From an uncultured Bacteroidales bacterium (GTDB taxonomy: Bacteria > Bacteroidota > Bacteroidia > Bacteroidales > VadinHA17), in assembly GCA_963816345.1 (NCBI GenBank), contig CAWFKI010000004.1, positions 57,559 to 121,558 on the forward strand: a stretch of DNA of 64,000 bases, given 5' to 3'. Under the pieces are notes generated by a model. That model was given only the letters and a program-made list of their open reading frames with translations. It was not told where the DNA came from and ran no database searches. The first letter of the stretch is position 1; every line of letters starts with the position of its first letter. Positions 61,164-64,000 of the stretch are shown here, in pieces. A program made the translations under genes and the position numbers.

Positions 61164-62524
61164 ATGTATAACAGGAAGGTCAGAGGAGTTCTTGTACAGG
61201 GCAAAAAGAGCCTGGACAGGTTACGGATGATGTTCTGGCCCCTATGGATGCTGCTCCCGGATTATGGTGGTATATTGGTATGGGTATATCGACGGCTGCT
61301 TTGCTTTTTGGGGTGTACTGTATATATATTACTGTTTATAAGGGTATTGGAACCTGGGGTGTACAGAATACAGTAGCATGGGGATGGGCAATAGTGAACT
61401 TTGTATGGTGGATCGGAATTGGTCATGCCGGAACGGCATTCTCAATTTTCCTGCTGGTGCTCAGGCAGAGATGGAGAAGCTCAATAAACAGGTCTGCAGA
61501 AGCCATGACAGTTCTTGCGGTATCATGCGCTGCCCTTTTTCCTACCCTGCATATGGGACGCGTATGGCTTGCATTTTATATTTTTCCGTACCCTAATACC
61601 CGTGGCCCCCTTTGGGTCAACTACAACTCTCCTCTTTTCTGGGATTTTACTGCAATCACAGCATACCTGCTGATATCCGTATCATTCTGGTATATGGGAA
61701 TGCTGCCTGATTTCGGAACAATTCGTGATAAAACAACCTCAAAAATAAAAAGGGCCGTTTACGGATTCTTCAGCCTTGGCTGGACAGGATCAAGCCGTCA
61801 GTGGATAAGGTATGATGCCCTTAGTTTTGTACTGGGCGGACTGGCTGCCGTGCTGGTGGTCTCGGTCCATTCAATAGTTTCGACTGACTTCGCAGCCGGA
61901 ATAGTACCTGGCTGGCATTCAACTATCTTTCCCCCTTTCTTTGTGGTGGGTGCTATTTTCTCAGGGTTTGCGATGGTCATGACCCTGATGGTTATCATCA
62001 GGAGGATCTACAACCTGACTGATTACATAACTGATAACCACATGGATGCTATAGCCAGAATACTCATATTTGTTTCTCTGATTATGGGTACATCATATGT
62101 GACTGAGCTCTTTATTGCATGGTATTCAGGCAATGAGTATGAAATATTTGCAATATTCAGGAACCGGGTTACCGGATCTTATTCTGTTCAGTTCTGGATA
62201 ATGATAGTATGCAATGCACTTATTCCCCAGCTTTTCTGGTTCAAAAAGATCAGACGGAACTGGCTGGCATTGTTGTTAATATCTCTGGCGATAAACGTAG
62301 GAATGTGGTTTGAACGGTTCAATATTGTAATCACCTCACTCAGCAAGGAGTTCCTGCCTTCAAACTGGGCAAGCTATACTCCGACATATATCGATATAGG
62401 AGTATTTCTGGGTACCATAGGATTATTTGCATCAGGCGTGCTGATGTTTATGCGGTACATTCCGATGATGGCAATAAGTGAGCTTAAGGGAGTTGTAAAA
62501 ATAGGGAATAAGAAAGAGGATTAA
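61164..62524 (+). CDS. actC: alternative complex III subunit ActC (NrfD family), frameshifted near the 5' end
   Basis: NFVWWIGIGHAGT, INRSAEAMT, HMGR, SPLFWD, SVHSIVS.DFA, GMWFERF. The N-terminus from ATG 61164 joins the main frame if one base is added near 61215. Confidence 0.88.
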
Positions 62525-62535
62525 CCTGAACAACT

Positions 62536-63069
62536 ATGGCGAGAACTTATAAAATAGGGGTATTCGAAGACGAGGACAAGTTTGTTTCCGCCATCAGGTC
62601 ACTGCAGGAGCAGAAATTTTTAATCCATGAAGTCTTCACCCCATACCCTGTCCATGAAGTATTTCACCTGATGAAACGCAAGTCGCGGTTACCTACTGCA
62701 GCTTATTTCTTTGGCCTGGCCGGAATTTTTTCAACACTTGCATTTCTCTATTACACTTCTGTAATCAACTGGCCGCTTGTTTACGGAGGGAAGCCGTTCA
62801 ACTCTTTCCCCTCCTTTATAGTTGTCACCCTGGTCCTGACAATACTCACCGCAACAATATTAAGCCTTGGCCTCTTTTCAGCCAGATCAAAGCTATATCC
62901 CGGCCGTGACAATACAATTTTTGATTACAGGGCTACCGATAATATGTTTGTTATTGTTCTCGATACAGGAATAATGGATAAATCAGCTTCAGCTTTAGCC
63001 GACGGCACGATGAGGGAAGAGGGGGCAATTCAGGTTATTGATAAAGATTTTGAAAGTGTAAATGAATGA
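62536..63069 (+). CDS. actD: alternative complex III subunit ActD (DUF3341)
   Basis: FTPYPVH, WPLVYGGKP, two TM helices, RATD.F; operon position. Confidence 0.9.
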   Translation: MARTYKIGVFEDEDKFVSAIRSLQEQKFLIHEVFTPYPVHEVFHLMKRKSRLPTAAYFFGLAGIFSTLAFLYYTSVINWPLVYGGKPFNSFPSFIVVTLVLTILTATILSLGLFSARSKLYPGRDNTIFDYRATDNMFVIVLDTGIMDKSASALADGTMREEGAIQVIDKDFESVNE

Positions 63070-63674
63070 AAAATAAGTATTTATCAGGAAATACGGGCAG
63101 GGCTTTTCTAATCCTTTTACTCTCAGCGTTACTGAATGGCTGCGACCGGGAGAGGAATAAGCCGGGATGGGATTACTTTCCGGATATGTTTTATTCGGCA
63201 GCTTATGAATCTTATTCACCAAACCCGAATTTCACTGACGGAATGACAATGAGAGTGCCGGTTCCGGGATCGGTTCCCCGTGGTTATACTCCATTTGATT
63301 ATACTCCTGATCCGGAGTCAAGGAAAAAAGCCGGAATGGAACTTGTAAACCCGATTCTGCCTACAACTGAGGTACTGGCAAGGGCTAAGGTCATTTATAC
63401 CACTTTCTGCATCGGATGCCATGGCACTACCGGAGCCGGTGATGGCCATCTCTTTACAAGCGGCCTTTATCCCATGAAACCCAGGAGCCTTATTGGCAGC
63501 GAAGCGGTTAAATTGAAGGATGGGGAGATCTTTCACACCATAACACTTGGACTGGGATCTATGGGAGCTCACGGATCACAGATCAGACCCGACGACAGAT
63601 GGAAGCTGGTTCTGTATATCAGAAAGCTTCAGGAGGAGGAAGCGCAGAAAAATAAAGACATGAACGGAAAATAA
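63066..63674 (+). CDS. actE: alternative complex III subunit ActE (monoheme lipoprotein)
   Basis: Lipobox LNGC, PDMFYS.AYE, CIGCHG, GEIFH.IT.G..SM. Confidence 0.9.
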   Translation: MKNKYLSGNTGRAFLILLLSALLNGCDRERNKPGWDYFPDMFYSAAYESYSPNPNFTDGMTMRVPVPGSVPRGYTPFDYTPDPESRKKAGMELVNPILPTTEVLARAKVIYTTFCIGCHGTTGAGDGHLFTSGLYPMKPRSLIGSEAVKLKDGEIFHTITLGLGSMGAHGSQIRPDDRWKLVLYIRKLQEEEAQKNKDMNGK

Positions 63675-63734
63675 CAGGCAACAGATCAGACAAGCCTGGC
63701 TCAGAAGAGGAACGATATTGTAAAAATTAAAGTA

Positions 63735-64000
63735 ATGAAGGAACAATTAAAAGTATCAGCAACCTTCAAAGCAGTCACCCTGATCTTAATAATAACGGGG
63801 GTAGTGACCTTCGTGGCCGGACTTCTGTCAAAGCCGGAGATCGCCTGGGCCGCTTACCTGATAAGTAATTATTACTTTCTTTCTCTGGCAATCGGCGGGG
63901 CCTTCTTTTTTGGAATACAGAGTATCTCCCAGGCAGGTTGGGCGGCTGCATTCCAGCGCGTCCCGGAAGCTATGATGGCTTACATTCCCTTTGCAGCTGT
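63735..64000 (+). CDS. actF: alternative complex III subunit ActF, N-terminal part; runs off the window edge
   Basis: Manual translation: MKEQLKVSATFKAVTLILIITG...AYLISNYYFLSLAIGGAFFFGIQSISQAGWAAAFQRVPEAM. Confidence 0.85.
   Translation, partial: MKEQLKVSATFKAVTLILIITGVVTFVAGLLSKPEIAWAAYLISNYYFLSLAIGGAFFFGIQSISQAGWAAAFQRVPEAMMAYIPFAA

Noticed and set aside
436..63572. Numerous short ORFs antisense to or overlapping well-supported genes in the six-frame track
   Set aside because: No recognisable motifs; they are shadow ORFs of the real genes.

Overview
This is a chromosomal window from a Bacteroidota genome, most likely Bacteroidales. The basis is TAnnTTTG -7 promoters, the TGTTCCACGTGGAACA parS variant, the dut-TPR-DUF4292-envC cluster and alternative complex III genes. 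About 60 CDSs are present, with no rRNA, tRNA, CRISPR array, transposase or integrase recognised. The left 30 kb holds accessory and metabolic genes, mostly on the minus strand. A 640 bp AT-rich gap between rpiB and nadA carries many TTATTAACA/TTTTCAACA-like boxes and is a good oriC candidate. To its right lies a largely plus-strand housekeeping block (nadA, ruvB, dut, ybeY, mnmG, ade, uvrC) with two parS sites. The window ends in an actABCDEF operon. The most unusual element is a four-helix-bundle (IVS/Avd-like) gene at 6107-6457 that carries a nonsense codon and is bracketed by inverted tracts of a degenerate 8-mer, with 15 in-phase copies downstream. Orphan 6-, 7- and 9-mer tracts nearby suggest a family of repeat-bracketed mini-modules and their scars. 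Other notable items are two REP types (one with tandemly amplified half-REPs), an ActA N-terminal repeat made of seven O-glycosylation sequons, and several broken genes (phzF deletion, MFS and actC frameshifts) that may be assembly errors. All functional calls come from motif recognition by eye; no database searches were run.
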